From assembly GCA_050250895.1 (NCBI GenBank), contig JBFWNU010000004.1, forward strand, positions 1 through 64,000: 64,000 nt of DNA, given 5' to 3'. Of the stretch, positions 46,151-55,659 are shown in pieces (the stretch's first letter is position 1; each line of letters opens with the position of its first letter). The notes under the pieces are model-generated. The model did no database searches, was not told the DNA's origin, and saw only the letters and a program-made list of their open reading frames with translations. Source of the stretch: Vulcanimicrobiota bacterium (GTDB taxonomy: Bacteria > Vulcanimicrobiota > Xenobia > Xenobiales > JADMJV01). The position numbers and the translations under genes are program-made.

Positions 46151-49100
46151 GCGTGGTCCCCTTTCTTCTGCTCGCGGCGATGCCAGACCATGTAATATAA
46201 CACCGGCACGGCCGTTCGTGACAAGAGCAAAGAGGCGACTTCTCCGGCCATCAGCGAAATGGCCAGTCCGTTGAAGATGGGGTCGGCCAAAATGACGCCC
46301 GAGCCGACCACCACGGCGGCGGCCGTGAGTAGCATCGGACGAAAGCGCACCGCGCCTGCATCGATGACGGCTTCTTCTAAGGGCATCCCCTGACTCAACC
46401 GCAACTCGATGAAGTCCACCAGAATGATCGAGTTGCGCACCACGATGCCGGCGCCGGCGATGAAGCCGATCATCGAGGTGGCCGTGAAGAAGGCTCCCAG
46501 GAAGAAGTGACCGGGCATGATGCCCACCATCGAGAAGGGGATGGCCGAGAGGATGACCAGCGGGGTCACGAAGTTCTGGAACCAACCCACAATCAAGGCG
46601 TAAATCAGCACCAGCACCACCGCGAAGGCGATGCCAAGGTCGCGAAAGACCTCATAGGTCACCTGCCACTCGCCGTCCCACTTGATGGCGTAGGACTCGG
46701 TATCGGGCGGTTGCGAAAAGAGGAAGGTCCTGACCTTGACTCCGTCGGGCGTGGGCAGTTTGTTGATACCGCGTCCCAAATCAAGAATGCTATAGAGCGG
46801 GCTGTCGAGTTTACCCGACACATCACCGGTCACATAGATGACCGGTTGAAGATTCTTGTGATAGATGGAGTACTCGCCGGCTCGTTCGCGGAAGGTCACG
46901 AGTTCGCCCAGGGCCACCGTGCCGCCCGAGCGGGTTGGTAACCGCAGAGCGGCCAGGTGGCGCTTCGAGGCTCTGGCCTGGCGCGAGAAGCGGATGACGA
47001 TGCGGACATCCTCTCGGGCCACAGAATCGTGCAGCAGTCCGGCCACCTGGCCCTCGAGCAGCGCCTCTACGGTCGCCTGGATCTCGGCCGGGGCCACGCC
47101 GCTGCGAGCAGCCTTCTCGCGGTCGACCTCGAGCACCAACTCGGGATAGGGGTCCTCTTGATACCAATCCACATCCACCACACCCTCGGTCTCGACGTAC
47201 AGTTGGCGGATCTGGTCGGCCAACTCCCGGGTTCCTCTGGCATCGGGTCCGAAAACCTCGGTCACCAGCGTCTGAAGCACCGGCGGTCCGGGCGGAATCT
47301 CGGCCACCTGGACCACCGCCCCACGCTCGTGAGCCAGCCTGGCCAGGGTCGGCCGCAGCGCCTTGGCGATGTCGTGACTCTGGCGCTGGCGATGGTGCTT
47401 GGCGGCCAGATTGACCTGGATGTCGGCCACGTTCGAGCCCCGTCGCAAGAAGTAGCGACGCACCAACCCATTGAAGTTGTAGGGGGAAGAGGTGCCCACA
47501 TAGACCTGATAGTTGGTCACCTCGGGCACCTTCTCGACTTCGGCGGATAGAGCCCGGGCCACGGCGGCGGTATCTTCCAGGCTGGTTCCCTCGGGGGTGT
47601 CGATGAGCACCTGGAACTCGGATTTATTGTCGAAGGGCAGCATCTTGAAGACTACCAACCGCAACGGCACCATGGCTACCGCCGCCAACAGCAACCCCAC
47701 GATGCCGATCACGAAGGCCCAGCGATAGGCCGCCTTGGCGATCAGCGGACCCATCAGCCGGCGATAGATTCGAGTGAGCAGGTCTTCTTCGTGCGCCTCG
47801 TGGTGACTGGCATCGTCAAGCAGCCGCAGGGCCGCCCAGGGAACCACCGTAAAGGCCACCACCATCGAGAACAGCATGGCCGCCGAGGCTCCCAGTGGAA
47901 TCGGCAACATGTACGGCCCCATCAAGCCGCGCACGAAGGCCATCGGCAGAATGGCTGCGACCACGGTGAAGGTGGCCAAAATGGTGGGATTGCCGACCTC
48001 CTCCACCGCTTCGATCACCACTTCTCGGGCGGCTCGGCCGTGATTCTCGGGCAGTCGCATATGGCGAACCACGTTCTCCACCACCACGATGGCGTCATCC
48101 ACCAGGATTCCGATAGAGAAGATGAGGGCAAAGAAGGTGACCCGGTTGAGGGTGAAGTCGTAGAGCACGAACGTGGCCAGGGTCAGGGCCAGCGTTACCG
48201 GGATGGCCAGAGCCACCACCGCCGATTCGCGCCGGCCCAGGGCCAACCAGATCAAGAGGGTCACCGAGACCACCGCAATACCCATGTGATAAAGCAGCTC
48301 GTTGGAGCGCTCGGCGGCCGTTTCGCCATAGTTACGGGTGACCGTGAGTTCGACCCCGCCGGGCAGATAGGTCGCCTTGAGCATGTCCACCTTGGCCAGC
48401 ACTGCCTCGGCTACCGAGATGGCGTTGGCGCCGGACCGCTTGGCGACCGAGATGGTGACTGCCTGTTGCAGCCCGGCTTGATGACCCGACTCCAGCGAAG
48501 GGCCGGTGCCGTGCAAAACGTAGCTGGCCGGGTCGGGCCCCGCCTCGACGATGGTGGCGACCTCGCTCAGATAGACCGGTCGACCCTGGTGCACGGCCAC
48601 TACCACCTGTCCCAGCTCCTTGGGGTCCCGCAAGAAGGCGTCGACCTTTACCGGTATGGCTTTCAGATCGCCGTCGAGGTAGCCCGCCCGCGAAGCCGCG
48701 TTGTGGGCTGCCAGGGCCTGGGCCAGGGCGCCTGGGGAGAGCGAGTAAGCCGCCAGCCGTGAGGGCTCGACTTCGACTCGCAACTCACGCCGCAAGCCTC
48801 CGATTAGGGTCGTCTCGGCCACGTTGTCGACCTGCTTGATCTGCTCGTCGAGTTGGGCGGCCACCCGCCGGAGCTCGGTCGCCTCGAGGCTCGAACTCGA
48901 CAAAGTCAGGGCCAGAATGGGCACGTCGTCGATCGAGCGCGCTTTCACCAGCGGGTTGGACACTCCCGGCGGAATGCGGTCGAGGTTGGCATAGAGCTTG
49001 GTATAGAGCTGCACGATGGCGTCCTCGGGGTCGGTCCCCACATAGAACCGGACCACCACCATCGATTCGCCAGGGCGACTGGTGGAATACACGTACTCCA

Positions 49101-49353
49101 CCCCGGGCAACTCGCGAATGAGCTTCTCCATCGGATAGGTCACCCGTTGCTCGACCTCTTCGGGAGAGGCGCCCGGCATGGCGACGAAAACGTCGGCCAT
49201 GGGCACGGTGATCTGGGGTTCTTCTTCGCGCGGCAGGATGACCGTGGCTCCCACGCCCAGCAGAATCGAGACCAGCATCAGCAGAGGAGTCAGTCGCGAG
49301 TTGATAAATCCGCTGGCCAGGCGACCAGCTAATCCGTGGCCTTCACTACTCAT
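46147..49353 (-). CDS. RND efflux transporter permease (AcrB family)
   Basis: [43 protein letters not shown]. Confidence 0.95.
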   Translation of the reverse strand: MSSEGHGLAGRLASGFINSRLTPLLMLVSILLGVGATVILPREEEPQITVPMADVFVAMPGASPEEVEQRVTYPMEKLIRELPGVEYVYSTSRPGESMVVVRFYVGTDPEDAIVQLYTKLYANLDRIPPGVSNPLVKARSIDDVPILALTLSSSSLEATELRRVAAQLDEQIKQVDNVAETTLIGGLRRELRVEVEPSRLAAYSLSPGALAQALAAHNAASRAGYLDGDLKAIPVKVDAFLRDPKELGQVVVAVHQGRPVYLSEVATIVEAGPDPASYVLHGTGPSLESGHQAGLQQAVTISVAKRSGANAISVAEAVLAKVDMLKATYLPGGVELTVTRNYGETAAERSNELLYHMGIAVVSVTLLIWLALGRRESAVVALAIPVTLALTLATFVLYDFTLNRVTFFALIFSIGILVDDAIVVVENVVRHMRLPENHGRAAREVVIEAVEEVGNPTILATFTVVAAILPMAFVRGLMGPYMLPIPLGASAAMLFSMVVAFTVVPWAALRLLDDASHHEAHEEDLLTRIYRRLMGPLIAKAAYRWAFVIGIVGLLLAAVAMVPLRLVVFKMLPFDNKSEFQVLIDTPEGTSLEDTAAVARALSAEVEKVPEVTNYQVYVGTSSPYNFNGLVRRYFLRRGSNVADIQVNLAAKHHRQRQSHDIAKALRPTLARLAHERGAVVQVAEIPPGPPVLQTLVTEVFGPDARGTRELADQIRQLYVETEGVVDVDWYQEDPYPELVLEVDREKAARSGVAPAEIQATVEALLEGQVAGLLHDSVAREDVRIVIRFSRQARASKRHLAALRLPTRSGGTVALGELVTFRERAGEYSIYHKNLQPVIYVTGDVSGKLDSPLYSILDLGRGINKLPTPDGVKVRTFLFSQPPDTESYAIKWDGEWQVTYEVFRDLGIAFAVVLVLIYALIVGWFQNFVTPLVILSAIPFSMVGIMPGHFFLGAFFTATSMIGFIAGAGIVVRNSIILVDFIELRLSQGMPLEEAVIDAGAVRFRPMLLTAAAVVVGSGVILADPIFNGLAISLMAGEVASLLLSRTAVPVLYYMVWHRREQKKGDHA

Positions 49354-50611
49354 GGACAGGGTCACCATCTCTCAAGCTAGCAGGAGGATTGAGGATCACC
49401 CTCACCCCTGGCTGAAGACCCGACAGAACCTCGAGCCGTTCGGCCAGAGGCTCGCCCAACTTGACCAGACGATAGCGAGCCTTCTGCTCGTCATCGACCA
49501 CGAAGACTCCCTCGAGCTGACCGCGCCGCACCACCGACTCGGGGGCCACCCGCAGAACCTGGCGAGACCCGTTCTCGAGCACCACCCGCCCATAGAGGCC
49601 GGGGAAGAGCTTGCGTTCGGGGTTAGGCACTTCGATCTTGACCGTGAAGGCGCGACTCGACGGGTCGGCCGAGGGCACGATGTGACGCACGACGCCGGTC
49701 ATCTTTTGCTCGAGAGCATCGATGCCCACGCCGACCGTCTGCTGTAGACGGATGGTCCCGATCTGGGTTTCAGGAACAGCCACCTCGAGCCACAGACTGC
49801 GAGTGTCCTGTACCTCCAGGAGCGGCTGCGAGGGAGTGGCCATATCGCCCTCTTGCACCGACTTGCGGGTTACGTAGCCATCGATGGGTGAAGTGATGTT
49901 GGAGTAGTGCAGTGGAGCCGAAGCCACCGAGATACCGGCCGCTGCCTGCGAGACGCCGGCCTGGGCGCTGCCCACCGCCGCCTGGGCCTCGGCTGTCTGG
50001 GACTCGGCCCGGCGAACCGAGGCTTTAGCGGCCTCAATGCCAGCACCGAGCTGAGCAACCCGAGCCTGAGCCACTTCGAAGGCTGTCTTGGAGCGATCGT
50101 AATCGCGGGCCGGCAGGGCTCCGGCTTGGTAGAGCATCTCCATTCGGTGAAGGTCGGTCCGGGCCAATTCAGCCTCGGCCCTAGCCTCGGGCAATCGCGA
50201 CAGCGCCTGATCCAGCCCGGCCCTGGCCTCAGCCAGTCCCGATTGGGCCGAACGCACTCCAGCCAGAGCCTGCTCGGTCTGGGCGGCGGCCATGCGCCGG
50301 CTCGATTCAGCCTGGCGAATCATGGCCTCGACATCGGCGACATCCACTCGAACCACCGTCTGACCTTGATGCACGAAGTCGCCTTCTTCTACCCGCAGGT
50401 AGGTGATCCAGCCGCTGAGGCGAGTCGACAACACGGCCCTGCGGATAGCCACCAGGGTGCCCGCGAACTCCACCTTGTCCGGCACCTCCTGCCAGCGCAA
50501 TTCCTCGCTGGCCACCGTCACCGGCGCCTTCTCTGGCTGGCTGGCATGGTCGGGCTCAGAGCCTCCGCAGGCAGCCAGCAGCAGCAAAACGATCAAACTC
50601 CAGTATTTCAT
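49346..50611 (-). CDS. RND periplasmic adaptor, lipoprotein
   Basis: LAAC lipobox; VEEGDFV, SPIDG, DPSSRAF, EVLSGL. Confidence 0.92.
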   Translation of the reverse strand: MKYWSLIVLLLLAACGGSEPDHASQPEKAPVTVASEELRWQEVPDKVEFAGTLVAIRRAVLSTRLSGWITYLRVEEGDFVHQGQTVVRVDVADVEAMIRQAESSRRMAAAQTEQALAGVRSAQSGLAEARAGLDQALSRLPEARAEAELARTDLHRMEMLYQAGALPARDYDRSKTAFEVAQARVAQLGAGIEAAKASVRRAESQTAEAQAAVGSAQAGVSQAAAGISVASAPLHYSNITSPIDGYVTRKSVQEGDMATPSQPLLEVQDTRSLWLEVAVPETQIGTIRLQQTVGVGIDALEQKMTGVVRHIVPSADPSSRAFTVKIEVPNPERKLFPGLYGRVVLENGSRQVLRVAPESVVRRGQLEGVFVVDDEQKARYRLVKLGEPLAERLEVLSGLQPGVRVILNPPASLRDGDPVHE

Positions 50612-50625
50612 AATCACATTATAAC

Positions 50626-50651
50626 TAAATATTGTTTTTTATCAATATTTA
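50626..50651. promoter_or_regulatory. AT-rich inverted-repeat operator adjoining the RND promoter
   Basis: TAAATATTG-N8-CAATATTTA; contains TTGTT-N4-ATCAA; next to TATAAT (minus strand 50618-50623). Confidence 0.65.
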
Positions 50652-50696
50652 TCCAAAACTCCAAGAATAGTCTCGCCCCACCTACTGGTCAGAGCA

Positions 50697-50710
50697 CTGA
50701 TCTATGTCAG
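50697..50710. promoter_or_regulatory. FNR-type box
   Basis: CTGAT-ctat-GTCAG. Confidence 0.5.
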
Positions 50711-50727
50711 TTGGGATGGAAGAACGC

Positions 50728-51126
50728 TCAGTCGACGTAAGAATCGAAGGGCTCGTCCAGGCGTAACGACTCGTCGATCACGGCCAGCACAGCGGCCAGC
50801 ATGGCCTGATGCTCGGCCGGAGGGAGATTCTCGGGGATCTCGGGAGTCACCTCGGGCGTAAGAGGGGCGACCTCGCCCACCAGTCGCTGCAAGCGCGCCA
50901 CGGCGTCACGGTAAGCCTCGACTCGCTTACGGCCGGCGAACTCGCCCTCGAGATTGCTGAAGAAGTCCCACTCGTCGAGAAACTCATGCATGTGCACGGC
51001 CACCAGTTCATCAAAGCGCTCCCAATGCTCCACCGGCATCCGAACACCGCGCCGGTCGTGCCAGGGCGAATCGGCGATCGGAAGCGGCTCATCCTCTTCG
51101 CCGGGAGCCACGAAATACTGATACAT
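50728..51126 (-). CDS. Hypothetical acidic protein
   Basis: Plausible ORF; no motif; start inferred. Confidence 0.6.
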   Translation of the reverse strand: MYQYFVAPGEEDEPLPIADSPWHDRRGVRMPVEHWERFDELVAVHMHEFLDEWDFFSNLEGEFAGRKRVEAYRDAVARLQRLVGEVAPLTPEVTPEIPENLPPAEHQAMLAAVLAVIDESLRLDEPFDSYVD

Positions 51127-51297
51127 GCGAGACACGCGCACCCTTTCGAGGCGCGAACCCAAATCCCGCCCAGGAATCCGGCCCTCGCGCGTCTAAGAAT
51201 ATATATAGGCGATATTCCTTTTTCCAATCTGCATATCTCGCGGATGGAATCTCTCGTCCACACTTCCAGGCCACGGCCAAGAAAGGAGCGTTGCTTT

Positions 51298-51843
51298 ATC
51301 CGTAGGAGAAGACGCTGGGTTAGTAAGAAACCTGAATTTGAACATCGAGTCAACGAACGAGTTCGTGCCCCCAAGATCAGGGTGGTAGGCGCTGAGGGCG
51401 ATCAGTTGGGGGTGATGCATCCTCGCCAAGCCCTCGCCCTGGCCCAAGAGAAAGAACTCGACCTGGTGGAGGTCGCTCCCAACGCGAGCCCTCCCGTCTG
51501 CCGGCTGATGGACTACGGCCGGTGGCGCTATGAAAACAGCAAGAAGAAGTCGGCCAAGAAAACGACGCCCGAGCTGCGAGAAGTCAAGATGCGGCCCAAA
51601 ATCGACGAGCACGACTATCAGGTCAAGTGTCGCATCGTCAAGCGCCTGTTGCGCGGCGGAGACAAGGTCAAGGTGACCATGCGCTTTCGCGGTCGCGAGG
51701 TGACTCACGATGATATAGCCCGCGACATTCTGCTGCGCGTGCGCGATGACGCCGAGGAACTTGCCAGGGTCGAGTCCAAGCCGAACCGGCAGGGGCGAAG
51801 CATGTCTATGGTGTTGGCGCCGTCCGGGGAGGTGCAGGCATGA
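51298..51843 (+). CDS. infC: Translation initiation factor IF-3 with a non-canonical start
   Basis: NERVRAPKIRVV, LDLVEVAPNASPPVCRLMDYG, EVKMRPKIDEHD, KVTMRFRGRE; candidate starts ATC 51298 or GTT 51319. Confidence 0.93.
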   Translation: MRRRRRWVSKKPEFEHRVNERVRAPKIRVVGAEGDQLGVMHPRQALALAQEKELDLVEVAPNASPPVCRLMDYGRWRYENSKKKSAKKTTPELREVKMRPKIDEHDYQVKCRIVKRLLRGGDKVKVTMRFRGREVTHDDIARDILLRVRDDAEELARVESKPNRQGRSMSMVLAPSGEVQA

Positions 51844-52334
51844 AGACCATCGATTTGACCCCCGGAGGGTTGGCCAGTGTGCCGATCACTGGACTCTGTC
51901 GCGTGGTCGAGATGCAAGAGCAAGAGATGCTCGGAGAGATGCACCGCTTCTTCGTTTTGGCCTCGGAAGACAACGACTATGTCGTCAAGATCCCCGCCAG
52001 CCAGATCGAGAAGATGGGTATTCGCCCGCTCCTCGACAGCGAGGAGATGGAAGGCCTGCTCGAAGACCCCCCCGAGATAGAGTCCCCCAAAGAGCGGACC
52101 CCGCTGTTGATCAAGAAGTGGACTCGCGAGTTGCGCTCGGGTAAGCCAGGGGCGCGCAGGCAAGTACTGCTCGAACTCAACGCCTTGCGCCTGGCGCGAG
52201 GTAAACTTGGCAAGCGCGAAGGAGCCTTCTTAGAGACGGTGCGCACCAACTTTCGCCACGAGATCGAAGAGGTGCTCGAACTGAGTCCCAGTCAGGCCGG
52301 CTATCGTCTCAACCGGGCTATCGGCATGCACTAG
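51840..52334 (+). CDS. CarD/CdnL-like RNA polymerase-interacting regulator
   Basis: GLCRVVEMQEQEMLGE...F.L...VKIP...MGIRPL RID pattern followed by a helical C-domain; ATGA overlap with infC. Confidence 0.7.
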   Translation: MKTIDLTPGGLASVPITGLCRVVEMQEQEMLGEMHRFFVLASEDNDYVVKIPASQIEKMGIRPLLDSEEMEGLLEDPPEIESPKERTPLLIKKWTRELRSGKPGARRQVLLELNALRLARGKLGKREGAFLETVRTNFRHEIEEVLELSPSQAGYRLNRAIGMH

Positions 52335-52369
52335 AGGTCAGCCACGACCTACCGGGGAATTTATCTTAG

Positions 52370-53065
52370 ATGACGGTCCTCGGGATCAGAAGGCCGGGAG
52401 ACGGCTGGTTCTTCACCCTGCGCGAGCGCTTCTATAGGGTGTGGTTGGCCACCCTGGCCTTCTGTATTGTGGTGGGTGGCACCTATGGCGAATGCATCCC
52501 GCTATACGGCGGACTGCTTCTCTACCTCGGCCTTTGTCCGCTCGGCCTGGCTCTGGTCGTTGTGCACTCCAGCCGAGCTTTCTTGAGCGAGCAGTGGGTC
52601 TACGACCCCGAGCTGGGTCAGATACTGCGGGTCGCCGAGAGGCCATTTCGACGCCTGCTCAAAGTGGCTGAACTTGCGGAGCTGACGGGGGTTGCTCTGG
52701 CTGCTGAAGAGGTCGCGACCATCCGCGTGGCCCCTGATGGCCTCGACCCCACCGCCGAGCAGGTGGTGTATCTGCTGCGCGGATCGGCCGCTCCAGTCGG
52801 GGTCGCTCGCTTCGACTTTTTGGAACGAGCCGAGGCCCTCAGCCTGGCCGAGGAGTTGGCCGAACAACTGGACCTGCCCCTGCGCATCGGCGGCCCCCAT
52901 GAGTGGCTGTCGATCGACGCGGGGGGCGAGTTGACGTTCGTGCCCTACGACTACGACCTGGTTTGGCTGCGAGGCCCGATGGGCGCGGCGATTTTCTTCA
53001 GCTGGCCCCTCGGGTTGATCGGAACGATGCTTCTCTCTGGACTACTGGTAGCGGGGTTTCGGTGA
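52370..53065 (+). CDS. Hypothetical membrane protein, tandem paralogue 1
   Basis: RPGDGWF...RFYRVWLATL, ELTGVALAAEE and TAEQVVYLLR shared with the next gene. Confidence 0.78.
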   Translation: MTVLGIRRPGDGWFFTLRERFYRVWLATLAFCIVVGGTYGECIPLYGGLLLYLGLCPLGLALVVVHSSRAFLSEQWVYDPELGQILRVAERPFRRLLKVAELAELTGVALAAEEVATIRVAPDGLDPTAEQVVYLLRGSAAPVGVARFDFLERAEALSLAEELAEQLDLPLRIGGPHEWLSIDAGGELTFVPYDYDLVWLRGPMGAAIFFSWPLGLIGTMLLSGLLVAGFR

Positions 53066-53745
53066 GGCTGGGCACGCACAGACCGGGTGACGGCTGGTTT
53101 CATCTGGCTCGCGACAGGTTCTATCGCGTCTGGCTGGCGACTCTGATAGCCTGCCTGGTGTTAGGCGTGTTCGAGTCCTCACTCTTCTTTTTCGGATTGG
53201 TCGCCTATTTTTTGCTTTGCCCGGTGGGACTGGCCCTGGCGGGGTTATACCTCTACCGAAACCTGGTCACCCAAGAGTGGGTGCTCGACCAGGAACTGGC
53301 CCAGCTCCTGCGGGTAGCGACCTGGCCAACTCGCAGCCTGGTCCCTGTGGCCCGAGTGGAGGAACTCACCGGGGTGGCCCTGGCGGCCGAAGAAACCGAG
53401 TCAACCTGGGTGCCCGAGGGACCAGAAGCCACCGCCGAGCAGGTCGTCTACCTCTTGCGAACCAGCGGCAAGCCGCTGGCCGTCTCGCGCCACAAGTTCA
53501 CTAAGCGCGCCCAAGCCCTGCGTCTGGCCCAGGACCTCTCCGAGCACCTCGACCTGCCCCTACGGCTGGGCGGAGCCCAGGAACGCCTGGTCTATAGCTC
53601 TAAGGGCATCAGCTTTGTCCCTTACAACTACGAGGCGCCATGGAAGCCAGCCACCTTGACCCTGGTAATGTGGGTGACCTGGCCTGGACTGGTGATCGGC
53701 ATGATTGGTTGGCTATATTTCCTGACCGGAACGTCGCCTGTGTAG
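53062..53745 (+). CDS. Hypothetical membrane protein, tandem paralogue 2
   Basis: GTGA overlap; aligns end to end with paralogue 1. Confidence 0.78.
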   Translation: MRLGTHRPGDGWFHLARDRFYRVWLATLIACLVLGVFESSLFFFGLVAYFLLCPVGLALAGLYLYRNLVTQEWVLDQELAQLLRVATWPTRSLVPVARVEELTGVALAAEETESTWVPEGPEATAEQVVYLLRTSGKPLAVSRHKFTKRAQALRLAQDLSEHLDLPLRLGGAQERLVYSSKGISFVPYNYEAPWKPATLTLVMWVTWPGLVIGMIGWLYFLTGTSPV

Positions 53746-53844
53746 CGACACTCGGGTGGCCAGGTAGCTTGCCCTCGTCGACGAAGGGGCGGACAATGAG
53801 AGTCCCCGGCCATGTCTTCCAGCTGAAAGACGGGACCGAGCCAC

Positions 53845-54438
53845 TCACGTCTCTTCGGTCGCAGTGCGCAACTCCCTTAGATACCGGTAATAGGTGCTGC
53901 GAGAAATACCCAGGAGCGAACAGATTTCATCCATATCCAAGAAGGCCTCTTGCAAGGCGATCACAGCAAGCCTTTTTGAGCTGTGATGAAGCGAAAGGTA
54001 CTCGATCTCGCGACGAGCGGCAACGGTTTCGAGCGACACCGCACAAAGAATACCGTGACTGGAATAGATGTCGACAGAAAGCTCTCCCAGCCTCCAGTTC
54101 GAAGCAACGATTAAGCCACCACCACTAGCCAACGGCTCTCCCAACGTATCTCTCAAGTCGGGCACGGGACCACCAGAAACGGCCAGAGTCCGACCTTCAA
54201 GCTCCAACGCCCCCCCGTTGATGTGCCACGCCAATCCCTTTGTGAACGTCACATACAGACACCGTTGTTGCGGTGGCAGCGCTTCACCGGTAAACGAGAC
54301 ATCTCTCAGGGCCATGCCATAAGCGCCACCGAAATACTCGTAGCTAACCGGATGACGGTGGCGAATGTCAGGTTCTCCCAGGATGGCTCGAACCTGGGCG
54401 GTGGTTTGCCCGATGGCAAGACCATTGACGGTGACCAT
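53845..54438 (-). CDS. Hypothetical protein with a C-terminal resolvase-type HTH
   Basis: GLAIGQTTAQVRAILGEPD at the N-terminus; DEICSLLGISRSTYYRYL HTH. Confidence 0.6.
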   Translation of the reverse strand: MVTVNGLAIGQTTAQVRAILGEPDIRHRHPVSYEYFGGAYGMALRDVSFTGEALPPQQRCLYVTFTKGLAWHINGGALELEGRTLAVSGGPVPDLRDTLGEPLASGGGLIVASNWRLGELSVDIYSSHGILCAVSLETVAARREIEYLSLHHSSKRLAVIALQEAFLDMDEICSLLGISRSTYYRYLRELRTATEET

Positions 54439-54544
54439 GATACAACAAGGCTACGCCCAACCCGAGATGGTGACCTTCTCGCCTCGCCCGAGCGGCAGGT
54501 TGAAAGGGTCAGATCGTCGCCAAGGACAAAGGCTGGGTTGCCTG

Positions 54545-54658
54545 GCCTACCCTCAACTATCTCTCCGCCTCACGTTGGGAATGTTTCTGACCTGGCCGGC
54601 GCTGGTGGTCGGCCTGTTCGGCTGGCTCCACTTGCTGACGGGCACTCCGCCCTACTAG
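54545..54658 (+). pseudogene. C-terminal remnant of a third paralogue of the 52370/53062 family
   Basis: TLGMFLTWPALVVGLFGWLHLLTGTPPY vs TLVMWVTWPGLVIGMIGWLYFLTGTSPV. Confidence 0.7.
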
Positions 54659-55659
54659 ACGGCGATATCGAAGTGGCCGCTACCCTGGCGGCGGGCGCGG
54701 GACAGAGAGGTCTCGACGCGGGCGAATAGTGCTGGCGTATCCTCGTGCTTGCCGCGCCATAGGGCTGCCCCGGCACAGCAAGTGGCCTGAGCGGGCACGG
54801 TGCGCACCACCCGGCGGAGCAGCTCCTCGATCGTGCGGCCAAGGCTGGCGGGTTCGGCCTCGGTAAGCACAATCAGAAAGGTCCCGCCGGTCAGACGACC
54901 GAGCGAACTCTGGCCGGAGAGTCCGGTTCGCAACTGCTCGCAAAACAGCCGCAGCAGGCGATCGGTGACTTCCGTGCCCAGGGACTGGTTGAGGGCGGTA
55001 AGACCGTTCAGCTCTACCTCGAGCACGGCTAAAGCACCGGCTGTCGAAGACTGCTTCTCGCGGTCGAGCACCTCCAGAATCGTCTCTCGCGTCCAACACC
55101 GGGTCACAGGGTCAACCAGGCTTTTGCGCCGCAACTCGTCCACCTCAGACATCAGTTGCTGTTCGACCTGGGTCAGGCGAACCCGTTGCAGTTCGCTCTC
55201 GGCGCAGGCAGCGAAATCCTCGAGCGAGGCCAGCGCTTCATCGTCAAAGTGGCGCTCACGCACGTCCAAGAGGCAAAAGGTGCCTACCCGATGGCCCTCT
55301 TCGTTGCGAAGGGGAACGCCGGCATAGAAGCGCACGCCCTCTTCGCCCCGCACGACCGGGTTGTCGAAAAATCGCTCATCGAGCAAAGCGTTGGGCACGA
55401 TCAGAGGCTGGTCGTCGAGAATGGTGTAGTTGCAAAAGGCCAGCTCGCGTGGGGTCTCGGTCATCTGATGCCCCTGAGCCGACTTGAACCACTGGCGCTG
55501 GCTGTCGAGCAAAGTGATCATGGTGACGGGCGTCTCGAAGTGGCGGCGGGCCAGTCGTGTCAGTCGATCGAAGCGCTCTTCGGCCGGGGTGTCCAGCAGG
55601 CAAGAACGGTGGAGGCTTTCGAGACGTTGCTGCTCGTCGGCAGCCAGCGGATAGTTCAT
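54655..55659 (-). CDS. GAF + degenerate GGDEF domain protein
   Basis: LLDTPAEERFDRLT, RQWFKS, FYAGVPL, GTFCLLD; DPVTRCW and GRLTGGTF at the GGDEF position. Confidence 0.85.
   Translation of the reverse strand: MNYPLAADEQQRLESLHRSCLLDTPAEERFDRLTRLARRHFETPVTMITLLDSQRQWFKSAQGHQMTETPRELAFCNYTILDDQPLIVPNALLDERFFDNPVVRGEEGVRFYAGVPLRNEEGHRVGTFCLLDVRERHFDDEALASLEDFAACAESELQRVRLTQVEQQLMSEVDELRRKSLVDPVTRCWTRETILEVLDREKQSSTAGALAVLEVELNGLTALNQSLGTEVTDRLLRLFCEQLRTGLSGQSSLGRLTGGTFLIVLTEAEPASLGRTIEELLRRVVRTVPAQATCCAGAALWRGKHEDTPALFARVETSLSRARRQGSGHFDIAV

Noticed and set aside
46151-46585. N-terminal part of the 449-aa ORF 45236..46585
   Set aside because: Alternative frame inside the RND gene; the real start is likely GTG 46150.
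50809-51297. Long N-terminal extension on IF3 (344-aa ORF)
   Set aside because: It overlaps an opposite-strand gene and promoter-like DNA; IF3 similarity starts near 51340.
53845-54438. Insertion sequence or transposase
   Set aside because: Only an HTH is visible; I saw no DDE or serine-recombinase catalytic domain, terminal inverted repeats or target duplication.
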